This document shows positions 11,879-25,644 of a stretch of DNA of 64,000 bases, in pieces (position 1 is the first letter of the stretch; each line of letters opens with the position of its first letter). Below the pieces are notes generated by a model, which saw only the letters and a program-made list of their open reading frames with translations, was not told where the DNA came from and made no database searches. This DNA comes from Adineta vaga (taxonomy: Eukaryota > Animalia > Rotifera): contig CP075497.1 in assembly GCA_021613535.1 (NCBI GenBank), positions 7,316,001 to 7,380,000 on the forward strand, written 5' to 3'. Position numbers and translations under genes: made by a program.

Positions 11879-13244
11879 GAGTAATCTTTCTTATTTAAAT
11901 TTATTACTTTCACAACAACCATCAAACAATGCTGTACCATCGAGAAATGTATCTTCAAATCAAGATAAACGATCTTCTCTATTACATAGTTTATTTGGAC
12001 GATCTTCGTCAAAAAGAAAAACACTTGTAGTTAATCGACCATTGAAAACTATAACAAATGAACATAGAAAAAGAATGATTAGTGGCGGAGATCAGGTCAA
12101 ACTTTCATCGACGAAAATAATCCATCTGGAACACCCATATAATATTGATATTCAAAAAGATGTTAATATAAATCAAAAGAATACTAATATAGATGTTGAA
12201 CATTCATATGCAGGTCTATGCTATGATTATAAACAAATAAAAAACAAAGTTTCTACGAATTCTACTGATCTGAAACAAGCATCGAAAGAGAATTGTAAAT
12301 GAATCTTGAATGTTTTCAATTACATGAAGGGGTAGTGATTATTTCTATATTTTTTCATTAGTAAATCCAATTCTATTTCCAAGTCATACACCTTTGGTAT
12401 TAGATGAATCTGTTTCATCATTATCTGATCCAACATCCATACGACAACCTATAAACGAAGAAAAAGCAATTGTTCAAAGTGTGCAAAGTACTGTTGGTGG
12501 TATACCGAAAATGAAACCATCTATCAATACAGTTGATAAAATCTCCTTTAATCCATATCAACATAAATATACTAATCAAACACCAACCTATCATTATCCA
12601 AAACGTTTATCTGCTATTGAAGTACTTGCAAAAAAATATTCATCTTCTTTTACTTCACGAAATAGTACAGGTCTCTTTTGGTATAATGCTAATCATCAAC
12701 CGGTATGCTTATTTCAAACAAAACTATGTTATCGAAATAAGAACTAAATTGTAGATGAACAGAGCAATATTACCTTTTCAACAAAATCATATAATTAAAC
12801 AAAACAAACGAGTACATTCATCTTCTAGTAGTCGTGATACTTCCACTTCGTCAAATACATCATCATCATCTTCATCTGGTACCAGTACGAAACCAATAAC
12901 TAATCATACATTGTCAAGTTCATCAACGACTTCAAGGAAATCTAGCTCAAATAGTACAACATCTAGTTCTCAATCTGAACAACAAACAATTAAAATTCTT
13001 GGACATTATAATCGTAATAATCATAATAAAAAAGATGATCTTATTGAAATTGATTTGAATTCGACGACAAGTCAAATGTCAACATCAACAAGGTAACATA
13101 AGATACAGTTAGAAGTGATGATTTTACAATAGACACTCTGATTCCAGTAGTACGAGTTTGCAATGCTGTCATAGACAATCTCTCTCTCAAAAACAAATTT
13201 CAAGAATATCTAGTACAACAACAACAACAACAACAACAAATTAG
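11879..13244 (+). CDS. Hypothetical Ser/Thr-rich low-complexity protein (multi-exon, ends uncertain)
   Basis: ORFs 12042-12302, 12394-12747 and 12755-13096 are separated by short GT-AG introns (e.g. 12704-12754 joins in frame). No recognisable domain. Confidence 0.5.
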
Positions 13245-14115
13245 AGTAACAGTTCTTCGTCAATCAGTATGGCAACAAATAATAATAGTAATCACTAGAA
13301 TAACAGCCAAAAGTTGGTAATTATCTCATGATATCTGTTTAAAATGTTTAAAAACATGAGTGTAAGTTTTTGTCACACACAAATTTTGTTAAAAGGCTAG
13401 AAAGTATTCAAAGACGTCTGTTAATAAGATATAAGTGTCAACAAATATTTCAATTTTGATCTTCTGATTATACAAATAGGTCACTTAAAGAACGAACACA
13501 AATCTGTTGAATCAATGAGTTTTATTAATGTATTTGCTTGAATTTTACAGAAAGTATTGCGAATTTTTTCACGATGAATATAGAATCACAGATGCAATAT
13601 CTTGTCTTATGTTCTAGTGCCATTAACAACAAATTTCTTTTCTTCGATAAACACTCCAAGAACACATGGTTTCAAAGTAAAACGACAACAAATTGATCTG
13701 AATATTCGTTTAATCATCTATTTCTTTTCTATTGTTATCTGACAAATATGTTTTTATTTATTTTATCATTATAATATTAAAAAAAAGAACCAATATTTCA
13801 TGTAGTTATCATATGTCTCTTCTATTTTCATTATTCCATACAAATCTACTTTTTTTTTTCAAAACTATTGGATGTTAATATTTTAATTGTATTTCTATTC
13901 GCTTTGTATTTGAAATCTTCTATCAAAGAGAACGACAGAGAGAAAGAGAGAGAGAAGGATAAGAAATAAACAACTAAATCATGTGATCGAGGGATGAATA
14001 ACATGTATACATACAAATATCATAGAGAAAATATAGACGTATAGTCTTTTTCTATGACGATAATACATAGATTTATGCAGATCTGTTTCACCTATTCATT
14101 TAACTTTTAGACAAT

Positions 14116-17100
14116 ATGAGTGAGCGTGGCCGTGCTCGTGGTCGGGGTCGAAGTCGTCCTGTTGTTCCAGGTGAAACAAGCGGTGAACCAAGTGGTGCTG
14201 CAGGTGTTACAGAACCTTCTGAAGAAGTATTCTTTTATTCTTTTTGAATTATTGCTAAATAAAAATCTTTCTTAGGCACCAATTAGTTCAACTTTAACTT
14301 CATTAATCCCAACACCTATCGTTCCAACAACTAGTGATACACCAACATCAGAATGGTCAACAACTGAAGCTGTACCATCAGTTCAACAAAGTGCTATACG
14401 TCGCATTGGTGGCGGTGGTACAATGAGTATTCCACGTGGTCGTGGTCTTGATAAATTAGCTCCACATATGGCTGGTATGTCCATTGGTGAACATCGTGAA
14501 GGTCGTTCTCGTGGTCTACCTATTCATGATGAATCTCAATCGCGTAGTGTCGATCCAACTCGAGTCAATTTTCGTGAACCAGGTTCAGAAAAGAAAGGAA
14601 CATCGGGAGATTTGATTCCATTAATTGCAAATTACGTTCGAATTTTATCGGCACCACAATGGTCACTTTATCAATATCATGTTACATTTACACCTGATAA
14701 TATCGATTCAAGAAAAACACGTCGAGAATTACTCGGTAATAAATCATCTATCTATTTATTTTCTTTTTCTGTTGAAAAATTATTTGAATTTTCTTTTAGG
14801 ACAACATAAAGGTGATTTACAAGATGTTGCTTTCGATGGACAAACTTTATATTCATTTAATGATCTTGGTGATGTAAGATAAATAGATTTCAATTCTAAT
14901 AAGAAGAAACTGACGAATGAATATCATTTTTAGGATCATGAAATAAAATCACATCATGAAGCTACTAGTCAAGATATAACAATTCAATTACATAAAGTAG
15001 CTGTTCAAGGTCCTGAATCACCAAATTTTTTTCATTTATCGAATTTAATCATGAGAAAGTAAACTGCAAATTGTCCCGTTTTGAACATTTGTTCATCTTT
15101 TCGTTCTTTTTTTTTTGAAAATAGATTATTGGAATTAGCGGGTATGAGAATGATCGGTCGATCATATTATCAATTTGATAAAAAAATCGATATTGATCGA
15201 TTTAGTTTAACTTTATTTCCTGGTTTTGAAACAGCTGTTAATGTTTATGAAGGTGCTTTAATGATGAATGTTGATTTATCACATAAAGTTATTAATAATG
15301 TTAGTATTTATCAACGTTTACAAAATATTTTTGCACAATTTCAAGAATATAAACTTGCACAAGACACAGCCATGCGAGAATTAATTGGACAAATTGTAAT
15401 TACAACGTAAGAAAAAGAATTTAATTTGAAGATCAATTTTGATTTTGTTTCTTCTCTACTACAAATAGATACAATCATAAGACGTACAAAATTGATGATA
15501 TTGCATGGGATAAAACACCGCAAATCACATTTTCAAGACGAGATGGAAAGGATGTTTCATTAATTGATTATTATCAAGAGGTAAAAGAAAATATATTGAA
15601 GATTTGCGAATATAATTTTTAAATTTAGCGTTATCAATTACAAATTATTGATCATACACAGCCGTTATTGGTATCGAAACCATCACGACGAAATCGACGA
15701 GCAGGAATTACAGGACCAATTTTATTGATTCCAGAATTTTGTCGAGAAACAGGTTAGATGAGTTACTTTTTTTTGATTGAAAAGAATCAATTCAATTTAT
15801 CATTATTTTAGGTATTTCTGATTCAATGCGAAGTGACTTTAATTTAATGAAAGAATTGGCGTCATATACACATATCGAACCAACACCGCGTTATAAAGCA
15901 TTGATGGATATGGTCAATACAATTAATACGTATGTTATAAAACGAAAGAAACAATGATTCAATTAAATTTTATTTGATTAGATCACCGCGATGTCGACAA
16001 TATATGGCGAAATGGAATTTGCGATTAGATGATAATTTAACGGAACTTGAAGGTCGTATACTTGAACCTGAAGTTATTAATTATAGTGATAAATCAGTGA
16101 GATATAAACAACAAGAAGCAGATTGGAGTCGTGATGGTAAGAATAAATAACAATAATCATTGAGATTCAATCTATATATAATACATTTTTTCTTTTTCTA
16201 TTTAGGTCGTAGTTGTCGTCATATAAAACCTGGTCACTTAGATAAATGGCTTGTTGTATACGAAGGAAAACAAAAACCAATTGCTAATGAACTTATTAAT
16301 ACACTTTACAATGTGTGTACACCAATGGTAATTGACATTCGTTTTCGTAAAACTTTGAATCAATGTTTATTGTTTTAGGGTATGCGAGTAGAATATCCTG
16401 AATTGTAAGTTTTCAATATTTCAATTGAAAACTATCGTTTTTTTCTCCTCATCTTCATAGAGCTGAGTTACAGAATGATCGACCAGAAACATATTTAAAA
16501 GCAATAGAACAATTTTGTGTTAATCAACAATATAATCTTGTTCTTTGTGTTTTGAGTAACAATCGAAAAGATCGTTATGATGCATTGAAAAAATTCTTAT
16601 GTATGGATACTGGTATTCCATCTCAGGTAAATCTTTACTATTTCACAGAAGAATTATAGTTTTTGGTACAAGACTATCGGATTTTATTTAGATGGTATTG
16701 ATGAAAACTCTTACTAAACGTGGACAATTGATGTCCGTAGCAACTAAAATTGGTATACAAATTTCAGCAAAACTTGGTGGAGAAATTTGGTCAGTTCCTA
16801 TTCCGGTAAATAATTCAAATTATTGATTTTCATTGAAATTATTGCTTTTATATTTAGTCAAAAAGTTTGATGATTATTGGTATTGATTCATACCATGATA
16901 AGAAACGTAAACAAGTATCAGTTGCTGCATTTGTGGCAACAACAAATTCTCAATGTACATCCTATTATTCACGTATTGTTATGCAAACAACGACACAAGA
17001 ATTAGTTGATGGTATAAGTGTTTGTATTCGAGGTAAATACAAAAGGATGTTTATGAAAAAAACAAAACAAATGATTGTCTAATATATTTATTTTCAGATG

Positions 17101-17861
17101 CTTTGAAAGCATATTTTATGCAAAATAATACAATGCCTGAACGTATTGTTATCTATCGTGATGGTGTTGGTGATGGACAACTTCAAGCTGTGTATGAACA
17201 TGAATTACCACAAATTGAACAAACGTTCAGTAAAGTTCAAGAAGGTTATACGTAAGTAGAACAAAATTCAAGAGAATTATTTTCTATTTGAATAAACATT
17301 TGTAGACCAAAATGGGCTATGATTATTGTTAAAAAACGTGGTTGTTCACGATTCTTTTCCAAAAATAATGAACAGTTATATAATCCACCACCAGGAACAA
17401 TTATCGATCATACCGTTACACATCAAAATTGGTTTGATTTTTATTTAATATCTCAATGTGCAAGACAAGGAACAGCAGCACCCACACATTTTAATGTTAT
17501 TTGGGGTAATTTATCAAAATCTATCTTGATATTTTATCCAAATCTTCTTTTTTTGTAGATCGAACAACATTTAAAGTTGATCATATTCAACGATTGACAT
17601 TTAAATTGTAAGTAAACTCATGTTTGTTCTTGTATCTTCTAAGTAATTTTCTGATTCTTATTTAGATGTCATCTTTATTATAATTGGCCCGTAAGTAATC
17701 TATGATATATGAAATAAATAACCACAATTTTTTCTTCTTTCTAGGGAACTATTCGAGTGCCAATGGTTTGCCAATATGCTCATAAACTTGCTTATCTTGT
17801 TGGTCAATCTCTTCATCAAGATTTTCATCATGATCTTTCCAATAAGCTTTTCTATTTATAG
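14116..17861 (+). CDS. piwi: PIWI-clade Argonaute protein (many short introns)
   Basis: N-terminal [14 protein letters not shown] (Tudor-binding RG/RA motif); [13 protein letters not shown]; PAZ ([26 protein letters not shown]); MID ([13 protein letters not shown]); PIWI ([48 protein letters not shown]); C-terminal LFYL*. Confidence 0.96.
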
Positions 17862-19313
17862 ATTCATTGAATGTTGCATTTCTTTCGTTTTTTTTACTAT
17901 TTGATTTAGTTCGTTCAACCTACTTACATGATATTGTTAAAAATCAGATTAACATTTTTTTCTTCTTCTTTTGACAATGATTATGTGATTCTCTTGTTTT
18001 CTTTATGCTTTGCCATGCAACTATTGATCAGTGTTTTGTTTTATACCTTATATGTGCTCAAGTTTTTTAAGCTTATTTGGTTAACTTATATAAAGACTGT
18101 TTGCTTCATTAAACGTTTGTTGAACTAGATTAAACAGATTTAGGATTGAAACAAAATAGATATCAGATGTTGGAAAATATAATTTTGAGGAAACAAAAAA
18201 GGGTCGGAACGCGCAAGCAGCTTAACTTGATGCCTGATGTTATGGCGAAAATTGCTAATCATTGAAAGATCGGCAACTACGAAGTATTTGTGAAAGTCTC
18301 TGCAAAGAAAGTTTTGTTATTTTTTTGCTTTTTTGTAAGATATTGCTACCTTTTATGATTTTTTCATTATTACAACTGAATAATACGAAGTAACTGACTC
18401 GACACCAGCCGACCACCATTTACTTACTGAACGTGCGTACAATATATGTTGAAACGTTTTGATGTGGTGCAATAACCCGTAAAACAATGAGTGGTAAGAA
18501 AAAATAATTTTTCTTCACAACTCACTTACATAACTCCGTCTTATTCTATGCAATTTGAAATCAATTGATGAAAGAACAATATTATTTTTGTAGTTTTTCT
18601 CTCAGAAAGAAAATTCATTTGCGAAAGTCGTTCTGTTTTGAGATAATCGGAAGAATTGATTTTACGAGTGATCATTATTTCACTCTATTATAATTTGGAA
18701 TATGTAGATATCTTCCATACTTATTCCAATACTGAAATAAATAAGTACGAAGCTGTTTTTCTGCGGACAAAAACGCAACAGGCATGAACGTGAATATTAT
18801 CAATTTATATTATATGATGCAAAACAAATTCTAGCTAGGGGAATATACTGATTAGGTTTAGTTTTCATTTGAAACGTGTACATATTTAATAAATTCATAT
18901 TCGAATGAACCTGAATCGAAAGGCAAGGCAAATATATGATGTTTTTGATAATGAATGCTTATTGGTTTGAAATAAGTCAATAATAAGCTCAATGATATCA
19001 GCGACATTGCTTCAACTTAATTGGTGAGGTAAATCTACGACATCTGTTGAATTTTTCTCTTTTTCTTTATGATCCATTGGTCATCAGTGTAACAGAAAAT
19101 AAAAAAAAAGAAAATAAACAAAAACATTAACTAAACTTTTTATCCTTAAAATTATATCGAATATTAACTTGTAATTGATTATTTGTTTGAATTTAATAGT
19201 GTGTTACGAAAAGACTTTGTTTTGAATGAAAATATCAAAGATTTCTCTTGAATATGTTTTTTTCTCTTTAGATTCATTCATATTGAATAGTTTCTGCTAG
19301 CAAACTGTATCAG

Positions 19314-22300
19314 ATGTCGCAGGTGAACAACCGCGGTGTCGTCAACAAGCGGTTGCGAATATCCTCAACAGGCGCCTTTCGTTCGCATGAGAACCAGTCG
19401 TCATCATCGTCAATGAATGTCGCTCAATCTCAATCAAATTCATTTGGTTTATCCGTTGATGATGAAACAGAATTATCAGCAGATTCCATCAAAGACCAAT
19501 TAGATAGTGTTGATGATATTGTTACACAACCAATTATTGAAGTACCAACTAAACGTCTATTACATTTAAAAGAACTTGGTGGGAATTTATTTGTTTCATC
19601 ATCAACAAAAATCTATTCTAAAACTTTACAAAAACTAATTGATCGTGTTTTATTTACTAAATCATTAAACAATGATGTCAATACGAATATATCCGATGCT
19701 CATGTTTTTGAACGTGTACTTGCACGTTCTGATGATAGTGATGCATATTCAACATGTACATCTTTAGCGCAACCAACACCAGCAACCATTCTTTTACTTG
19801 GTTCAACAGCATGTGAACATGCTTTTGCTTGGAAATTATCACAACGTCGAAATTTTAAAATCTATTGTTCACCAGCAAATAGTGGAATTCATTTGGATCA
19901 TCCATCGATAATGATTACTAATATTTTTCAAACGGATAAAGATATATTAGATTTTGTTGATGGAAAAAAAATTGATCTTGTCATTGCATTAAATAAACAA
20001 TTTTATTATGAAGAACTTGAAGCCCAATTAGGTGAACGTGGTGTACATTATCTAGGTTGTTCAGTTGATACATTAGCTTTAAATGATGATCAATTAAATG
20101 CTAAACAATTTATGATAAAACATAAAATACCCACATTAGATTGGATTCAATGTTCAACATTCGATGAAGGAGAAAAATTCTTGAATCAGTAAGAAAATGA
20201 TTGTATTGAAATAGAAATCATTGTTTTTCCTTTCTACAGATATCCAGATCAACAACAATGGATTATTCGTACAATTAATGAAAATAAAAAGATTCATTGT
20301 CAAACACGTGATGAATCTTTACAAACACTGAAAGATGTATTTCAGGTAATAGTCATTTTCAGACGTCGATTGTATTATATTTCTTAATCGAATTTTGATT
20401 TAGAATCATTTATTTGGTGAAAACAATCAATCCATAATTATTGAACTTGGTTATTCCTTAGACAATAGTCACATATGTACACTTTATATTGTTAGTGATG
20501 GTGATGGTGACTATACTCAATTATCTACAATCGAATCAGAATCATCACCTTCTGGTGCGTATGGTCCAAGTCCATATTTAACAGCCAAACAATTATCATT
20601 TATTCGTCGACGTATTGTTGAACGAACATTACGTTGTTCACCATCGATTCGGCACATTTTTGGTTTTCGATTACTTATTCAAGGTACAAATTATAATGAA
20701 ATTAAATTACTCGATTATAAAGCCACATTGGAAGAACCTGAAGGTGAAGTACTTTTATCTCTATGTGAACCTGAAACAATTCTTCAATATGCACTTGATT
20801 TGCCATCTGTACCAATTCTATCGTTAACAAGTAAAAAACGACGTGTTCATTGTGTCAATATAGCAATAACATCAAAAACACATTTATTGACAATTTCAAA
20901 TAAGATTCTTTTAACAGCAATTAAAAATAATAAAGTGAAAATCTTTCATAATCAAACACATTTGAATACAGATGGAGAAAGAGATGGTTTAATAACCAAT
21001 GGAGAAAGAATTCTAAATGTACTTGGTTACGGTTCAACATTACAAGAAGCACAATTGCATTCTGTTCTCGCCTGTGAATATATCAAACAACATGCAAATG
21101 TTAATGATCTATCCTTTAAATCGGATATTGGTTCTCAAGCTATCGAATGGTAAGAAACATTACTCTTATGATATTTTGTAATATTGACTGTGAAGGCATT
21201 TTCTATCGTCTCGGTTGAAAAATATCTGAAACTAAATGACAGAATATAGTTGAAATATCGTATTTTTACTAGGTATAAAATGCATGGTGATGTGCATAGT
21301 TCCAAAGTACATGGTCTCACAAATGGGAAAAAGAAAAAACTCAAAAAGATGAATTCAAATTCGATATCATCCAAGAAAACGAATCATAGCTCAATTATAA
21401 GTCGTCAAAACGCTAAAAATACCAAAGATATAGATAAAGAAAGTGAACATACCAGTGATGATGGTGATGATAATGAAGACGACGATGATGAACATGAGCC
21501 AATGGATTTTGAACGTGCATTTGGTTCTACATTTGATAGTTTCAAAATTGAACATAAAGACATATATCAAAATAATGGTACTCTCAATGGATTGAATACA
21601 TTTGAAGGCGATTCCTTTTTTGATCTCACAAATAAGATTGATTTGAAAAATTTCACTCAACCAGTACTTGTTTCATCAACAACCAATTTAAATCCTTTAG
21701 CTGCTGTAAGTTACTTTTCTAAATGAACATTTCATTACACATTTTTATGCTTTTAGTTATTCAATTTAAATGATGGAAATATGAATGATAGTCAAACAAT
21801 ATTTGAATATCTTGGTCATGAATTAGCTGTTCGTTCTGCTAATGATCTTATCTGTGCTCGAGCATTATATGTTCAATGTTGTTCATTACCGACAACATCT
21901 TCTGAACGGTCTATTCAACGTTTTTATCATGGACTTGAACAAGCATGTCAACAATTAAATTGTACATTTCTTCAAACAACTTCGATTTCAGCATCATCGT
22001 CATTTAATGCATTATGTACAGGTGTATGTAATCGAGAATTGTTAACATTAAATAATGATATGAAAAATACGTTAATCAATGAAGGTGATTCATTGTTGGG
22101 TCTTCGTTGTAGTTTGGGAACAATAAATAGTCATGGATATGTACAATTAAAAGATTTATTTCAAAAGAAAAATGTGCATTTGAATGATATTTTACCATTT
22201 CGAAATAATGATGGAGATGAAGAAACATTTTTCTCATTATTATTACAAAAATCATTAATCTTAACATCAGATTTAGTTGCAATCATTAATGAACTGATTT

Positions 22301-23750
22301 TAAATCGAACAATTAAAGTTATACGATATTTAAAAGGTTTAGATATTGATACATTTGAATTATTTATTCATTCTAGTTTATTTAGATAATGGTTTGGTTA
22401 GCACAATTGAATCATTACTTGGATCATCGATTGGAACATTGACCGTACAATTAAATGGACAACAATGGCCAACTATGCCACCAATTTTTACATGGATTTA
22501 TCAACATGTAAGCCTGATTTTTTAAATCATAGAGCACAGTAGTGAAGAAAATTGATGACATTCTTTCAAATCATCGATTCATTTTGCTTTGATATTTTCA
22601 GAGTGGTTATAGTCAAGATGAAATGTTTGAATATTTCAATTGTGGTATTGATTATATACTCATCGTTGATCATACGAAAATATCGATTGAAACTCTACTT
22701 CAAAAATTAACACAAACACATACGACATGTTTTCAACTTGGCACTTTTACTTCAACAAGTAAATCATTGAATTTATTTAAAAATATCGAAACACTTCTCT
22801 CCTAGATTCGACGCCTACACGTAATAAATCGGTTCGTGTACCTCAACAATCTCAAACACGTACTGTTCAATTACAAAATATTCTATTCAAATATCCCAAA
22901 CCTAATCTCATTGCAAATAATACAAGTTCTGTCGTAATTAAAGATCGAATGAAACAACCCGTTGCTAATGATAAAACACGTTGTGCTGTACTTATCTCAA
23001 CGAATGGTAATATACATATATATATATATCGGAAAAAGATTCATTTATGTCATGTGCTTCTTTTAGATACAACATTACTTTCGCTTCTTGCTTATTCAAC
23101 TTCAACAATTGATTGTGCATTTGAAATTGTTCTTGTTCTTTCTACATTAGCTAGTTTATCTGATATAGCTCATGTAAATGAATCATATCCATCGGTTGTA
23201 ACAAAAGTGATTCAACCAAAAAAATATGCTGCAAGAAACTATGATTTAGTATAATTGAATTTTTCTTGAAAAACAATTCTAGAACATTGCTTCTTCGTCT
23301 ATTTAGGATCAAAAAATCGATGATGAACTACAATTTCATGGCTGTGAATTAGTTATTCTTGATCGTTATGCATGTCGTTTATCACCATCATTTATTCAAG
23401 CATGGCGAGGACGTTTACTAAATATCTATCCATCCTTATTACCATCATTCCGTCATAGTACATCACCTATTCGTGATGCTTTACAAGCTGGTGTTCGTAT
23501 AACAGGTGTTACAGTTCATTTTATTGCCGAATCAGATACAGATACAGATGGGCCCATTATTGCTCAAGAAAGTATTCATATAACACCGATTGAAAATGAA
23601 ACACAATTGGAAAATCGTTTACGTACACTTGAACAACAGTTATATCCAAAAGCAATTGATATGGTTGCATCCGGAAAAATTGTTTATCATGCAAAAAAAC
23701 GTTTTGGAAAAGTAAATATGACTCCGATACTTGGATCGTCTGCTTATTAA
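19314..23750 (+). CDS. GART: Highly divergent trifunctional GARS-AIRS-GART (PurD-PurM-PurN) homolog, probable pseudoenzyme
   Basis: Domain order: GARS (LLLGSTACEHAFAWKLSQ, AKQFMIKHKIPT, TNGERILNV, DIG), then AIRS (PVLVSST, NDLI, EMFEYFNCGI), then GART (CAVLIS, LLNIYPSLLPSF, GVTVHFIAE, GPIIAQE). Exons splice without stops to TAA at 23748-23750. Confidence 0.88.
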
Positions 23751-24226
23751 ACTTGGACTTTGTTCGATTAGACATTGATGTGTAGACATGTGTACTATTT
23801 GTTTTTGGAAATAGTGAAGTTAGTCTTTTTTTTCTGGTTTTGTTGTAATTCTGTTGTCTTGTTTAAAGAAAAAGGAAACAAAACAATACATATATGCATA
23901 GATTTATTATCGGAAATAGAACGAAATGATTTCATGATTTCAATAAACTTATCTATGAATTTGTTGCATAAATAGAAGAATAGTAAGATTTTAGATCAAG
24001 TTCATATCAGCAGAAATTATTAAATACTTTCGTTGATCAACTCTGATGATTGAATGTATACTTCATTTGTCTTTTGAAATAATTTTTCGATGATCAATGG
24101 GAAAATAATTATCCATAATTGTTATCAATTTTCTGTCTATTATAAGCATTATAATTTTAAAACTCAGCAAGTCACTACTATATATACAAACCTTTTATTC
24201 ATTTTTATCTATAAAAAAACAAGCGC

Positions 24227-24806
24227 AATGATGGTTTCATTCCATCCTGTCTGTTTTTTATTACTTGTAGCAATCTACGTTGATGGATTCAAATTGAGTA
24301 AAAAGAATCATGTTAGTAAACTGAACGATTATTAACTTTGTTTTTTGTACCTTAGGTTGTACAACTGGTTGTTTCTGCAAAGTGGGATATGTGCGTGAAG
24401 TCCTTGTGTTAGACATAGTCAATGTGTAGGACAAACCGATATTCTGAGATGTAAAGATAATGAAAATATATCAAGAATGTGGTTCGGCATGTCCATCAAC
24501 ATGTCAAGATTTTACTTATCCAATATCGAGGAATCCATATGTGTGTATAGCCGTATATAAATCTGGTTGTTTCTGTAGGGAAGGATACTATCGTACTAAA
24601 AATGGGTAATGTGTCCTTCCAAAACAATGTTGTACAGGCAGTAATGAGAACTATACAGAATGTGTTTCTACTTGTGTTAACACATTTAATTCTGTATCGC
24701 AGGTTTGTGCACAACAGTGTATCACAGGTTGTTTTTGCCCATGATTAGATTTTGTTCGCAAAGACAATCGCACTGCTAGTCCTTGTATACGTCGTGATCA
24801 ATATTA
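24227..24806 (+). pseudogene. Secreted multi-TIL (trypsin-inhibitor-like Cys-rich) domain pseudogene
   Basis: A signal-peptide exon (MMVSFHPVCFLLLVAIYVDG) is followed by TIL repeats (GCFCKVGYVR; YQECGSACPSTC..SGCFCREGYYR; NENYTECVSTC..CITGCFCP). These are broken by frameshifts near 24400 and 24465, in-frame TAA (~24607) and TGA (~24742), and Cys-to-Tyr/Phe changes. Confidence 0.82.
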
Positions 24807-25644
24807 ATTCATATGATGAAGAAGACATTAAACATATTGTCATTCTTTCAATTGAAATAAACAAATGAAGCGTGATTGAAGAAATTCTTTGACAAATAAT
24901 TATTCTATATTTATGACATTTAGTAGAAAACCCATATAAATACTATTCTCTGATTCATATTGTTTTCGATTTTGTTACTCTTTTGATAATAGTTATACGA
25001 ATCTACGCGTAGAAATATTTGTTAATTTTGGTAATTGCTTCGATGATCGTTGAATCATTATTAGATGGTTTGAAGTATACATTCATCAAAACACATTGAT
25101 ACGTTATGCACAATATTATTCTATCGATTGCATCATGAATGTATCACGAGAACTAAAAGGTAAAGTAACGTACAATGTTTTGACATGTATCTGATTTAAC
25201 TACAATCGTTTTTTTATCTATCATTTATTAATCGTATTGAAGAACGAGATTGACGATTTTACAAATACGATAAAAGTTTGTACTTACAATCCTATTGGTG
25301 ATTTGTTCTTTGCACAACAATATCTTAATCGACTACTAATTTGTATCGTCAATACATTTGATTCTTTGTTCAATGACATACGTCATACACGATGATGTAC
25401 TCGTATCATCTCTTTTCGTTTCGTTTAATCGACAGATCTTATTAAAAATGAACGATGAGTGCGTTTTTGTTATTCTTTTTATCGTTTCGCATCGTTAAAC
25501 AAAAGAGACAAATCCAGTTTACCTGGTGAAATCATCCAATGACGTTATACTATACCTTATGTAACAGTAAGAAGATATAAAATATATCTATTTCGTATAA
25601 ATATAATTTGTCATTGTATTATTTATTCATATTATAAACAAACA

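Noticed and set aside
18190-18800. Slightly GC-richer block with short palindromic tracts between piwi and GART, possibly a non-autonomous transposon relic
   Set aside because: No clear terminal repeats, target-site duplication or coding remnant could be delimited by eye.
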